Assembly (NCBI GenBank): GCA_020891255.1
Contig: BQFW01000014.1
Coordinates: 806,001-870,000 of the forward strand
Source: Entomortierella parvispora E1425
Taxonomy: Eukaryota > Fungi > Mortierellomycota
Direction: 5' to 3'
Length of the DNA: 64,000 nt
Positions 12,051 through 25,904 of this stretch are shown in pieces. Made by a program: the position numbers and the translations under genes. The notes under the pieces were generated by a model. That model ran no database searches and was not told where the DNA came from. It saw only the letters and a list, made by a program, of their open reading frames with translations. Each line of letters opens with the position of its first letter. Within the stretch, counting starts at the first letter, position 1.

Positions 12051-14335
12051 TCAATATAAGGAAAGAGGTGAGTAACCGACGGTTCGTTCACTGAGGACTG
12101 GACTGTGATTCGAGAGGATGGATTTGGTTTTTTGCGGGGTCGAGAAAAGGGCAAGAGACACTTTCAAGGGAAACCCGATCAAAGGAAGGAACGGACGAGA
12201 GCCCTCTTCTCCCTCTCTGACTTTCCTCTCTCTCTTGCAAAGAAAACGTGCTTTTTGTGTTCTCTCTCGAGGTGGGGGTGGGGGGACAGACGGCTAGATG
12301 GCCATGTGTCACCACAAGTGCTGCTGCTGCTGCTGTCCACACTCACCGGCTCTACTTTTTTTTTACGTTTTGAACTTCTTGATTCTGAACTGCTCAATTG
12401 ACTGACTGGACGACTGACTGACTGACCTGCTTTGCCTGACCCTGTTCCTGTTTGCAAGGTTTGCGCCTGCCCTGAACGACACTGTTGTTCCTTTGCACAT
12501 ACTTCAACGTCTCTTCAGCATGTCATTCCTTTGTCCTCTCGCTTGCAACAAGTTCAAGAGATCAGGGCCAGGATATTTTTTCTACGGTTGTCGCTTTCAT
12601 TCGGCTCAACCGTTAATGAAGGTCAGCCAGGAGAGGCAACGAATGAGTTCAACGAGGTATTCTATCGCCCTGTAGCAGGAGAAGGACAGCAGCGCAAAAA
12701 AAAAAAAAAAAAGATTTTTTTTTTTTTTTTTTTTGCTCAGCTCCTCGTCTTTCAGGAACAAGTCGGAAGAAAGCGGTTCGGAAGGCCCAAAAAATAGAAA
12801 AATGAGATCTGAAGAAAAAATCGCTCTGATCTGCATTGCATCCATGTGTTCGTTGTTATTGTTTTGTTTAGGCTGCAGACCCTTTGCGGGGCACAGGGGA
12901 AAGAACTGTTCATGATTAACTACTGTAGGCTGAGTACTCTCTGCTAACTGGAATGCTGCAAGGTGGTCCCTGAGCGGTTTTTTTTTTTTTTTTGGTTTCA
13001 ACGGATCACACAGTTTACAATGAAAAACACGTTTTTTTCCCCTTGTGGCTGCGTACTTGTCCTGCTCTCCTACCTCCCTGAAGATCACTGTCCAAGAGAA
13101 CCAGGTCCAAAATAGACGACCAGGTAAGGAGGACTGCGGGGTAGAAAGAAGAGAGAGTGCAAGCTAGCTACTACACTACAACAAACAAGTGAGCACCGTT
13201 ACCCCGCACCCTCCTCTCCAGAGCTGAGGAATAAAAGGCAAGAACCGGAATGGGGGAAGGAAGATTCCTCTTTTGTGCACCATTGACGACAAAGAAGTGG
13301 GTGGGGCCAAACGATGATCCATCCTTGACGATCCATTGCAAAGTGGAGTCAACCTTGAGAATGAAAGTGGAGTCAACGTCCCAAGAGTTCAGTGAGGATT
13401 CCATCTCGGGTAGGATTTGGCAAGAATCAAACGAAACTTTCACGTGGGATGAGAAGAGTTGAAACTGTGTCTATTGCAGTGGTTAGGAAACCCTCTTTTC
13501 GGGACCCTGTTGGTTGGTGTTCTCTTTGAACTTCTTGGAAGCGTTCTGCCGCTTCAATGGCTATATGTATGTAGTATACCTAGCGGAGAGGTACCGGTAC
13601 CTACCTGCACTGCAGGACGAGCTTGTTCCTCAAACCGTCGATCCAGATCCGGATCATGAGGAATGAGGGGCCAGACTCTGAGGAAGAAGAAAACCTTAAG
13701 ATTCTGCCCACGGACTACTGGCTGCTACCTGATTTGGATCTCCTTAAACGTGGATTCTTTGTATATTTGCGCTTTGCTTTTCTCCTGTCCTCTCCGTTCA
13801 TCTTCATCCCTGTTACAAAGAACCAACACTGACGACAGGTTGATCGAATCCACATGTCTACAAAACAGTAAGAGAGGGAAAAGAGTGAACATGTCGCCGA
13901 CAAAGATGTGGTTCATTGACCATCTATCTAGACGCCTGCACAGCAACGATGCGCTACAGAAAGATCATGATTGTAGTTGAACTGTTGAACTTGTAAGTGA
14001 GAGAGAAAGGACGAGTATCGAGACCGAACCAGACGGCCAGCAACGAACAAGAAAATAGACACAAAAAAAAGGAACAAAGAAGAACAGATCACATGACACA
14101 GGACAGAACTACCCTCTCTAATTGACAGTCCCAAACACGCCCCTCTCCAATTGACCGCACACACAAACACGGTGTTTTTTTTCGTGTTTTTCTCGAAGCG
14201 AAAGCCAAAGGGCAAACACGACAAACCCATTGCTTTCATCATCTCGCTCTCTTCTTTTCTTCCTCTTCTCTTCTTGCTTCATCATCCATCATCTCTCTTT
14301 CCCCTTACCCCACCCCTTCATCATCCTAATTCATC

Positions 14336-17116
14336 ATGCGTGAGATTGTCCACTTGCAGACCGGCCAGTGCGGTAACCAGATCGGAGGCAAGTTCTGGGA
14401 GGTCATCTCTGACGAGCACGGCATCGACGAGACTGGAGCCTACAAGGGCGACTCTGACCTCCAGCTCGAGCGCATCAACGTCTACTATAACGAGGCCAAC
14501 GGTGGCAAGTACGTGCCCCGCGCCGTCCTCGTCGACTTGGAGCCCGGCACCATCGATGCCGTCCGTACTGGCCCCTTTGGCCAGCTCTTCCGCCCCGACA
14601 ACTACATCTTTGGTCAGAGCGGTGCCGGTAACAACTGGGCCAAGGGTCACTACACTGAGGGTGCTGAGCTCGTTGACTCTGTCCTCGACGTTGTTCGCAA
14701 GGAGGCCGAGTCCTGCGACTGCCTCCAGGGTTTCCAAATCACCCACTCTCTCGGCGGTGGTACCGGTGCCGGTATGGGTACTCTTTTGATCTCCAAGATT
14801 CGCGAGGAATACCCTGATCGCATGATGTGCACATTCTCGGTCATGCCCTCCCCCAAGGTAATTTGAAGAGAGAAAAAAAAAGGAACGGGCGGGAAGAAGA
14901 TGAGGAAAGAAAAAGAGAGCACAGATGATGATGATGATGTTGGGTCATGCATCTATGTGGTTTCTGGATCTGCGTGGGAATGACATCCTCTTGCCGATGG
15001 TCGCTTGGGAGGGGAGTTCACGACTCCCTACTCCTGCCTCCCTGCCTGCTCTGCCTGCCGCCCCTCCTTCGCTCCCTCTGCAACCACGGCTGGAGGCCCT
15101 TTTTTGGCCTTGCCCTTGGCTCCCTTTTTTTTATTCCTCGGGTGTACCTCGACTGTTCTCTCAACCCCCCTTTGCTGCCACTGGCTGCTCCTTATCCCTG
15201 CTCTCTCTCTCTCTCTCTCGTTCGTCTCAAGCAACACGCTCCTCACAAGGGCCCCCCTCTCGCACCTAGTTGGCGCATTCTTGGCTCTCGACTCGGGCGT
15301 GAACCACTCAAGCAAACATGCAACACGCGTGTTTTTGTTGTTTATCCCTGTTGAGTGTCCGCCCGTTTTTTTTATCCCGTCACTGCTTCTTCCCACAAAG
15401 ACCATTCCCCTGGAGGTCTTATTTTATTTTTTTTTGTTGTTTTCTGTAATCTTTGATAATCCCAGTCGCCTGTGGCTGCATGGAGAAACAGAGGGGAGAG
15501 GAGGACTGGGGGGGGGGAGAGCGGAAGTTTGACTGTCAGCTTCGCTGTTGCTGGTCTGAGAGGCAAGCGACTGGACTGGGTGGGATGCTCTTGGGAGCCC
15601 GTTTTTATCTTTTTTTTTTAACGAGCAGCAGAAACTATCAGCTGGCAAGCTGGCGTTTGCGGTATTGGTTCTCGACACTGGTGCGGTTTGGGTGCAGTTC
15701 AATGTTTTTTGTTGCTATTTTAAATATCGGGGTCGTATTCTTCTGGGGGAAGCGACGCAATTGAGCTTTCTAGACCTTTTTTGTTCTTGTCCCGATACCC
15801 CTTGCACCCTGGATTGCAACCATGCTCAAAACGATCCTACGTCCCTCTTGGGTCCGCTTTCTGTTCTGACATATGGGCACTTCTGTTGCACATTCTTTCT
15901 CTCCATCTTTCTAGGTCTCCGACACCGTTGTCGAGCCCTACAACGCCACCCTCTCCGTCCACCAGTTGGTTGAGAACTCTGACGAGACCTTCTGTATCGA
16001 TAACGAGGCTTTGTACGATATCTGCTTCCGCACCTTGAAGCTCACCGCCCCCAGCTACGGTGACTTGAACCACTTGGTCTCTGTCGTTATGAGCGGTATC
16101 ACCACCTCTCTCCGTTTCCCCGGTCAGCTTAACGCTGACTTGAGAAAGCTCGCTGTCAACTTGGGTAAGGATTTACAATCGGAAAACAATTCTTTTTGTT
16201 CATGTCAAAGGGCTTTTTGCAGGAAGGACTATACAGGATCTCATGCAGCCCATCAAAATAACAGCAGAAACAAAGAGTTGCAATGCCATGCTCAGAAATA
16301 TGATGGTTGGAATCAATCTCAAATGACAGCCGCCCAGATCTCCTTTGTTTATTTCGTTGTGTTGTTCAAATTGGAGGGAGAGACTTGGCGTGGCAACATG
16401 CATGCGACAAAGTGCCACCAACTTGATGACTAACGCTGTTGTACATAGTTCCTTTCCCCCGTCTTCATTTCTTCATGGTTGGTTTTGCTCCTTTGACCGC
16501 CAACAACTCCCAGAACTTCCGTGCCTTGACTGTTCCCGAGTTGACCCAGCAGATGTTCGATGCCAAGAACATGATGGCTGCCTCTGACCCTCGCCACGGA
16601 CGTTACTTGACCGTTGCTGCCATGTTCCGTGGTCGCATGTCCACCAAGGAGGTTGACGAGCAGATGCTCAACGTCCAGAACAAGAACAGCTCTTACTTCG
16701 TCGAGTGGATCCCCAACAACGTCAAGACCGCTGTCTGCGATATCCCTCCCCGTGGTCTTAAGATGTCCGTCACCTTCATTGGTAACTCGACCGCTATCCA
16801 GGAGTTATTCAAGCGTATCTCTGAGCAGTTCACTGCCATGTTCCGTCGCAAGGCTTTCTTGCATTGGTACACTGGCGAGGGTATGGACGAGATGGAGTTC
16901 ACTGAGGCCGGTAAGATTTTTTTTTTGTGTTCAAAAAGGCTGCGCTTTGTCCACATTCCTCATCCAATATTGACTCTTTTAATTTTATTCGCTTCCCAAC
17001 CACTAGAATCCAACATGAACGACTTGGTTTCCGAGTATCAGCAGTACCAGGATGCCACCGTCGAGGAGGATGAGGGCGAGTATGAGGATGACATTGCCGT
17101 TGACATGGACATCTAA
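14336..17116 (+). CDS. TUB2: Beta-tubulin
   Basis: Exons 14336-14857, 15915-16164, 16449-16910 and 17007-17116. Motifs [32 protein letters not shown] and VPFPRLHFF, with an acidic C-terminal tail. Confidence 0.99.
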
Positions 17117-17804
17117 AGAATCCGACAAAAAAACCTCTCTTTCCCAGTTTTTTCCTACTTTCTTTTTTTCATAGTTCTTTTTTTTTTCTTCCTCCTTCTT
17201 TTCTTACTACCTAATTCGTTCTTGCGAAAGGCGACGACAGGCTTGGGATCTCGGCCAGTTTGCTCTAACGGCTGCTTTCTGCTGTCCCCAAGATTATATC
17301 CCCCCCAAACCCCCCACCTTTTAGCTACCTCTCTTTTTTCCCCTTCCCCTCTCAAACTTCTTCATTCCTTTGTTTTTATTTATCGGGCAGAGAATGAAGT
17401 AAAGAGACGGAAATAGAGAGAATACAAAAAAAAGGGCGCTTCCCTTGGCTGACAATCATGTTTTTAACTGATGTCTTGGTTCAAGAGACACGCATGGCGG
17501 ACACAGCAGTTTGAAATTGTGTGTTGTAATATTTGTTTGATGCAGAGACTTTGTGTGTTTTTGGTCTCGGATCCCCCGAATTGAATGCATCCCGTCTTCA
17601 TTACAAGGTCGAGTCTGTGATTATAGACGGCTGCAACAGCAGCCACAGCTTTATGGAAAGAAGTGGGATATCGAGAAACGCAAAGGAAATAACTATAAAC
17701 CGATCGAATCTATCGATGATTGTTTAAAAAGAGGTGGGAACCTGAAGAAGAAAAGGACACACAGACAGAGGGGCTGCAGGAGAGAGCAACAGTCAGACGA
17801 CGTC

Positions 17805-20176
17805 TCACTTGCGGGGTTTGGGCGAAAGTCCAGCCTGCATGGCCTCCAACTCGGCTTCCAGAGCCTTGATATGAGAGTGTTCAGCCTCGAGGTCCTTGTT
17901 GAGACGATCACGTTCTGCAATGAGTTGCTGCTCCCAAGATCGGAACCGGTTCTCCTCCAATCGAACCTGTTCCGTGAAGCGTTTACGGAGCGCCTCTTCC
18001 TCTTCCTTCCACTTGGGGTTGGTGACGGTTTTGACCCTAAGTAGCAGAAAACAAAAAGTGAGTATGTGAGAATGACTGTACCTCAAGAGCTTCACTAGGA
18101 TATGGAAAATGCCAAAGGCGGAAGAGAGAGTGAACGCCTTACTTGGCTTCACCAATCTTGCGCGTCTCCATCTGAGCATGGCGATATGTCTCGTAATGGG
18201 TTTCCTCGGTCGAGCTGATGAGATCCAACATGTGAGTACGGATCAAAAGCTGGCGTAACTTCTTGAAGTCGCAGTGGTCCTCGTTTTCAACTATTACATC
18301 GTCCCAGTAGGTTTCGTTCATGTTAGGATGCTTTTTCCCTTCTAGGAGATACTCATTGTCGGTACCCCCTCTGTAGTACCCCTTACCTTCCGCGACTCCC
18401 CAGGAGTACTGACGTCCTTTGACGGTGCGGCCATCTGCTGTCACGACATCGTCAGTGCTTCCAATGATGGAGAAGGGCATCGCCGCCTATCGAAGGAGAG
18501 TGTTCGGGTCAAGTCAATGTCAAGCACCAAAAAAAAAGAGTGAATAACAAGCTCATTGTCACTTGTTCCTTTACCATGATGTTCATGTTGCGCTTGGTGC
18601 TGGCCTCGTCGTCACTCTCGAGAGGGAAAGTATAACATTGGATGTTCTGAGCCGCAATGACTTCCAAGATCTATGGAGAAGATGAGATTTAGTTTTTTTT
18701 GATGAGTCCACAGTTAGTCCTTTGCTCACTCATTCCATTTGGCCATTAACGACGAGCCTCTCCCGAAAAGAAGTATAAAAATACTCACTCTCTTCTTGAA
18801 CTTGTGAAGATCGGTGGGTGTCATGGTGTCGGCTTTGGCAATAACGGGAATCAAATTGACCCTGGTCCCCAATCGTTTCATGACCTCGATATCCAAAGGT
18901 TTCAGGGTGTGTCCGGAGGGACGAATGAAATACAAACAACAGTGGACTCTCATATCGCTCAGCTCTTGACGCTTTGGTTGTTGTTCCTGACGCATGTAGG
19001 ACTCATGTTGGTCGTCAATAAAGTCGATAATGGGCATCCAGCTGTCCCGGTTGTTGGTATAGTCACCAAATCCAGGTGTGTCGATCACAGAAAGTTTGAC
19101 GTTGAACTGCTTCTCTTCCAGCTCTAGAGAATACGATATAAAAAATATATTGTCAGCCAACGAACATGTCTGCGTGTATGCGTCTGGTGTCGTCCTTTGT
19201 TCCTTTTTGGCTCTCCTTTTCCTACTCCACCATTTTTTTCGCCACTCTGAAGATTGACAGCAACACCAGCACTGTTGTTGATTTTCGGAGCAAAAAAAAG
19301 GGAAAGATAATTGCTTGAGAGCCATTCATTCAAAGGTGCATGCCAGGAAAACAGGACGGTAAATATAGCAGGATGAGAAAAGCAAAGATAGTGCCTTCAT
19401 CCTCATCCTCCCCTGCCCTGGATCCTTAGAGCTGGATAGCGCTGATCACAGAGAACCACCCTGTTTAGCCTATCGTGCCATCCGCCTAGAAGGAACAGGA
19501 GAACGGGGGGGAGGAGAACCAAGAAGGGAGCTCTGGGTCCCTTTATGTCTTTCCATTCCAAAATTTGTCAAGGGAGACAGAAGACTGAGAAAAAAACAAG
19601 GGCTCAACGAACAGGATGAAAAGGGTGCAAGGGGAAAGCCAAATGTGTCGTCGCTTTTCTCTTTGTCCTTCTCTCTTTCTCATAGCAAGGAGACTTGAAA
19701 ACAATACAAGAGCTACAACCAGCAGCAAAGGGTCCATAAAGGATGACAAGAAATACACATGGAAGGTCCAAAAGAAGACATTTTCATTACCTGCACGAAT
19801 AATCTCAATTTCAACAGTCTTCTCGGCCGTCTTGTTGTAGCGACGCTTATAGGTCTTTGGGGTCTTGATCGAAGTCGTAAACAGAGTATTGATGAACGTG
19901 GTCTTGCCCAGTCCAGACTCGCCTGTGAGAAGGGGGTGTTGTGAGCATTACGTGGTTAAGGGATCATCGCGTCGCTGTCCTGGGAGGAGACAACGTCAAA
20001 GACGCGTCTGGACACTATGGAATGAGAAAACGAGAGTTGGGAGGAACTTGGAATGGGAGGGGCTCCTTACCACAGACCATCAATGTGAAGTTGGCACCGC
20101 TCTTGGCAACAATCTTGTGGCGCTGGTTGGGCAAGTTGGCAATGCCGATGCCTGCTCCGACTTGAACGGGTGCCAT
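17805..20176 (-). CDS. CDC12: Septin, Cdc12/AspC type
   Basis: Exons 20176-20071, 19922-19791, 19123-18789, 18670-18575, 18486-18387, 18290-18143 and 18036-17805. N-terminal [12 protein letters not shown]-loop [20 protein letters not shown], and a C-terminal coiled coil ([20 protein letters not shown]). Confidence 0.93.
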
Positions 20177-21044
20177 GGTGAAGGTTGAAAAAGAAGGTGG
20201 AATGGAGTGATGAAACAAAAACAAAAGAAGGAATGGAAGGTCAGAAGAGCAGGGTCAATGACTGACTAATGGAGAGTGAGTGAGGGGTGGGCAAGGAAAG
20301 GAGAGCAAGAAAGAGAAGAGAGAAGGAAAGGGAAGAAGGAAGGAAAAGAAAAGGGAAGAAAGGAAGGAAGAAAGGAAGGCAGGAAGAAGGGCAGCATGGC
20401 ATGGGCAAGGGTGCGGTTGTGCGGCATGGCACGGCAGGCGGCCTCAGAGGGACAGAATGAGAGAGAGAGAGAGAGAGAAAAGAGACGGAAACGCGTTCCT
20501 AGCTGGCGTGTTCGCGCGCGTCTTCTGTCTGCGAGCAGTCTCTGCGTTTCTCTTCTCTGTCGCTCCTTCCTTCATGATCTCCCTTCTTCTTCCGGTCTCT
20601 CCACCTCTCTTGTCTTCAGCCGGTCTGTCCGTCAGTCGAGTGCGCCTAGGCGAAGGCTCTGTCAGGCTGTCTACCTAACCTTCTGTGTCTCTCTTCTCTG
20701 CAACCCGTCAATCCGCGCTTGTCCTGGGTAATCTTGTCCCAATCTGTCGTTGAAGTTGTACCCCCGAGAGCGTCTCTTCTGGTTCCACCACCAGCGGTCG
20801 TTCGCCTGTTGTGTCTCTGGTCTGCGCTTGTCTGTGTACCTGCAGCACAATGGCTGGCTCTGGGCGGACAAAAAAGCCATGCGCCCGTCCCTCTTGCAAG
20901 AAAAGGGAAAACCTCGTGCTCAAAAGAGCGATTCTCTTTTTTGATTCCCTCCTCCTCTCATTCTCATTTCATTCTCTTTCTCTCCTTCCTCCATATACCC
21001 CTCCCATTCCTCATTTCTCCTTCGCTCTGCCACTGCATTCAGAA

Positions 21045-23317
21045 ATGTCGTCGCATGTGTGTCCTGATTATGACGACCCAAGAACTGGTCCCTCGGACCT
21101 GCTCTTCCCTGGAGGCCTCAATGGAAAACGTATGAACGGAGTGTCGACGGTCGTCTGGTTCTGTTCTGCTCTGTTTGTGTTTGCTCGCCTCCTATCGTGC
21201 CGTTTGTCGCCCTTGCTGCTCCATCCCATCCTAGACAGCCCCGCTTTTTTTTTTTTTTTTGTTTCTCTCTTTGCACGTCTTCACGCCTGCACTCTGAGAA
21301 GCTGTTGCAACTCCGTCTGTGCCCACAGAGAATAGCAAACAACATCCCTTGGACTAACAGTAATCAATCTGTCCTGCCCTCGCCCTTTGTCTCGTTTCTT
21401 GCTCGCGTGCCTGAACGACAAACATAGGCCATATCATTGGATGGACCATTGCCGGAGTGTGTGCCCTGATTTCTACGCTGATCTCCTTCCGGTTGATCTA
21501 TAAACATGCCAGGAACTATACCAAGGTAAAATGATCCTCCTGGACATTTTTTTTTCTCTTCTTTTTTCCGTGTTTTCGCTACAGCCAGTGCTCACCCCAA
21601 ACTAAAAAACCTGTTGTTGTCTTACGTTTTCTTCCATCTTTGAACATATTTAGCCAGCTGAACAACGCAAGTCCTCCTGCCTTGACTCTGTTCATTCAAG
21701 CGGAGAAAAAACTACGGCCTTCATGGTTTTTTCTGTAGGTTTTTCTTTTCTCCCTAACCATGCTCTTACAAAAACTCTCTAGGTCACATCATGCGAATCG
21801 TGCTCATGATCCCCATCTACGCCGTAATTTCATTCCTTTCTTACCGATTCTATCGCGAGGCCATCTACTACGAGACGATCCGGGACTGTTATGAGGCCTT
21901 TGTGATCTACTCCTTCTTTATCCTTCTCTTGACCTACCTCGGAGATGATGTCCAGACCCAGCGTTCAAAGATCACAGGTTCAGAGAAGCGACAGTTGATG
22001 TTCCCATTGAGCTGTTTGTATTATAATCCTTTGCATGAAAACTTCTTGCACTGGATGAAATACGGTATTCTGCAGTACGTGGTCATCAAGCCACTGTGTA
22101 CGATTGCGGCGGTTGTGCTCCAGTACTATGGACTGTATTGCGAAACAGAGTATAGCTTCCATTTCGGCATGGTATACATCACGATTGTGAACTTCATCTC
22201 TGTCAGTGTCGCGCTCTATTGCATGGTAAGAGGCATTGCTTTTTGGTTGACTTGGACCCGATAGCAACGTAGGTGATAGTACTGAACTGTTGTTATGGTT
22301 GGAAATTGCTTGTCGTGTAGGTCCTTTTCTACCAGACGATCAAACTCGAAATCCAGGATCACAGTAAGTCCACTGTGTATGAATTCTCGGTAGAAAAAAA
22401 AATCATGAAGAAATTCAACAATAATCTCACGGCCATTTCTTTGACCCTGTCCATGCCGATAATTACCTCCGCTGCATTAGGTCCGCTTCTCAAGTTCATG
22501 TGTGTCAAGATGGTTGTATTTTTTTGCTATTGGCAAACATGTCTCCTCGGCATGTTGGGCTCTGCTGGTAAGTGAAATGAACGACTCTTGTGAGATGAAT
22601 GATATGAATGCAGAAGGAAATAACGGCGATGCAATGACTGACTATCCCTTTTATTTTCTTTTCTTTTACATCTTAGGCCTGTTGAAGCCAGAGGATGGTT
22701 GGACTGTGATCAATGTTGAACTCGGCATCTCTTCCATTTTGATCTGTGTGGAAATGGTCGTCTTTGCGATCCTCCACGTCTATTCCTTCAGCTACCGCCC
22801 CTATGTCATTGTCGGCCGCTCGACACCCGCCTGGCGATCACTTCAGGATGCCTTCAACCCCATGGACATGGTCCGAGAAATCATGTGGGCTTGCAGCGAT
22901 ACTGTGCTTATGATCCAACACAAGCCCTTGCCTGTGAGAGACGGACAATTGAGCAGCAGGCTGCAAAGAGCTCATGTGATCCGGGTCAGAAGAAGAGATC
23001 GATTCTTGAAGGGCTTGAGAAACGCAGTTCAGCATGGACATGTCCATGGTGTTCCTGGCTCCAGTGATATCGCCATCGCTGTCGACCCAGCTGTGGATGC
23101 CATCTACCAGTCCACGCTCCGAGATGAGGCTTTGGCCGAGGAGGAGAGATTGTTGTCTGGACAGTTGGATGCAAACGCTCCGCTCTTGCAGAACACAGAT
23201 GGTAAGTTTTTTTTTTCTTTTTTATCTTTTCAGGAACAAAAGATCTGGTTGTGTAACTCTCTTGTTGACGCTTTGTTCGTTTTAGATCGCGATTACCACG
23301 CTACGTCGAGAGTCTAA
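21045..23317 (+). CDS. TMEM184/OST-alpha family membrane transporter
   Basis: Exons 21045-21129, 21428-21525, 21654-21666 (13 nt), 21783-22225, 22321-22363, 22481-22567, 22677-23201 and 23286-23317. Motifs PAEQRHIMRIVLMIPIY, RDCYEAFVIYSF, GILQYV, KFMCVKMVVFFCYWQ, ICVEM and YSFSYRPY. Confidence 0.9.
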
Positions 23318-24118
23318 GGGCCTTGTTTTTTTTCGTTAGCAGGAATTAAAGCAACTTGACCCTCATTTGCACATGTCTTTGGTAGAAGATCGAGATGACG
23401 ATTATCAAGTGAAATTTATTTGTATGATATGGAACAGGAGGAAGATATAAAAGTACAAGCGAAAAAAGGAAGCAAGGATGGCTTGAGAACACAGCATGCT
23501 GCAACGAAGGTTGCAAAGCAAACAGAAAATAATAATAACAGGTGGATATGTACAGCATCCCGCCGCCATTGAAAAGACAATGACGGCAAAATAGAAAATG
23601 GAAATAATAAAACAAAAAGGGGAACCCCCAATAGGCTTGAAAGGAAGGAGAAAGAGGAGCCGCAAAACAACAAAAAATAGTTTTTTTACGCCCGTAAATG
23701 AACATCCCTCCCACTGAACTCTCTCGCCCTTGACTCTTTCACTTCTTGCGAAAAGAAAAGGTCAAAACCGAGGTCGAAATCCAGCGAGATTTTGTAAGGA
23801 TGCTCAACCACTTCAGACTCATTTTCCCTTCGAGACAAAGGCAACAATTCGGACCCGATGCAGAGGCACCCGTCTACGAACCGTCCTTGCTCAAAGAAAA
23901 AGAAAAAAAGGAAATCTAGTTAATACAATCGCGTCCAGCGCTCTTCTCTCCCCCACCACTTCGAGTCATCACAAAAAAACGATGCTCGAAGCCTATTCGG
24001 ATTCGCCATCCATCCTCTATCCTGTATTCTCAATGATCCTTTTCCTCCCTTTCAACGCCCATTGGCTTTCGGTAGCCCTCCTCCGGTAAACCGCGTGATT
24101 GGGAAAGGGAAGAGCACT

Positions 24119-25904
24119 TTAGTGCTCATCCTCGGCCTCGAGGGCCTTGGCCTCAGCATCGGTCAAGCTCAGGAGCTCCTTGAGGGACTCCTCGATGATG
24201 CGGACACCGTCCATGAGCTCCTCCTCGGTGATGCAGAGAGGTGGGGCAAGACGGATGATGTTCTGGTGAGTGGGCTTGGCGAGGAGACCCTTGCTCTTGA
24301 GCAAGAGGCACAATTGCCAGGCAGTGCGACCGTTGGCCTTGCTCTCGTCAATGACGATGGCGTTCAAGAGACCGCGACCACGGGTAAGCTGCAAAGCGGG
24401 GGACTGGATCTTGCGGATAGCAGCGCGGAACTTCTCGCCCAAAACGGCAGACTTCTCGACCAAGTTCTCCTCCTTGATGACCTCGAGGGCAGCAATGGCA
24501 ACAGCGCATCCGAGGGGGTTACCACCATAGGTGGATCCGTGCTCACCGGGCTTGATGCACAACATGACCTCGTCGTTGGCGAGGACGGCACTGACGGGGT
24601 AGACACCGCCGGACAAGGCCTTTCCGAGCAAAAGAATGTCGGGCTTGATGTTGTCGTGGTCAATGCAGAGCATCTTGCCGGTACGGGCAAGACCGGTCTG
24701 GATCTCATCGGCGATCAAAAGGACGTTGTGCTTCTTGCAGAGGGCAGAGACCTTGGTCAAGTAACCCTCATCGGGAACCATGATACCAGCCTCACCCTGG
24801 ATGGGCTCAACGAGGAAAGCAGCAATGTTCTCGCCGTTGTGCTCCAAAACGTACTCGAGATCCTCAATGTTGTTGTAGCGGATGGTGCGGCCAGTCTTGG
24901 GGCAGATGGGGCCGACGTTGGGGAGGTAAGGACCGAATCCAATGCGGGCATCGGGGTCAGTGGACATGGAGATGATTCCGACAGTGCGTCCGTGGAAGTT
25001 CTCTGTGCAGGAGAGAACGACAGCCTCGCCCTCGGGGATGTTCTTCTTCATGTAACCCCACTTGCGGGACAACTTGATGGCGGTCTCGACGGCCTCGGCA
25101 CCGGTGTTCATGGGGAGAACCTTGTCGAATCCAAAGTACTCGGTGACGAACTTGGCGTACTGACCAAAGACATCGTTGTAGAAAGCGCGGGAGCTCAAGC
25201 AGAGCTTCTGGGCCTGATCGCAGAGAGCCTTGACGATCTTGGGGTGAGAGTGACCTGGAGAAAGAGAATCCGGCGAAGATCGGAATGAGGAATAAAGATG
25301 AGTATACAAGCAGTTCAAATGGCTATGATTGCTATGATCCCGGTAATAAAAGAAAAAAAAAAGAGGAAAGTTGCGGTTACCTTGGTTGGTGGCCGAGTAG
25401 GCGCTCAAGAAGTCCATGTACTTGTTACCCTAGTAGATCAATGATCACACAGACACGAGACAAAAGAAGTGCGGATCAGCACATGGACACACGAAGAATA
25501 CAAAAGGGGGAGGAGGATGGTAATAAAGATGAGAGGAGAAAGGAGTCAAGTCATGTGTTTAGCGTGCTCCGTGTACTGCTGCTGTTGTTTGGCTTCCTGT
25601 TGTCAAACGATCGGTCGAATGATTGATTTGGTAGATGGATAACAACATACCTCGCAATCCCAGACCCAGATGCCTTGGGCCTTGGAGAAGACGACAGGGA
25701 GGGGGTGGTAGCTAATGACGAAGGAAAAGACAAGGTGAGTCTACGAACAAGGATCAACAAAGTGGGATCAAACAAGGCGCAGCAGGCCACGGCACACGAC
25801 AAAGACCCAACACCACAAGAGACACAACAGAGGACATACTTGTGGGCACCATACTGGTGCTCGAGGTGGATGACTTCCTTGTTGGTAAGAGAGTTGGTGG
25901 CCAT
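24119..25904 (-). CDS. CAR2: Ornithine aminotransferase
   Basis: Exons 25904-25840, 25711-25651, 25429-25381 and 25254-24119. Motifs [56 protein letters not shown] lysine in GKALSGG, and [10 protein letters not shown]. Confidence 0.97.

Noticed and set aside
14926-14941. GATGATGATG run in tubulin intron 1 as a snoRNA box C
   Set aside because: It is a simple trinucleotide repeat with no box D at a suitable distance.
24062-25288. 408-aa antisense ORF over ornithine aminotransferase
   Set aside because: It is in codon register with the sense gene. Strong C-ending codon bias removes antisense stops, and no motif is recognisable.
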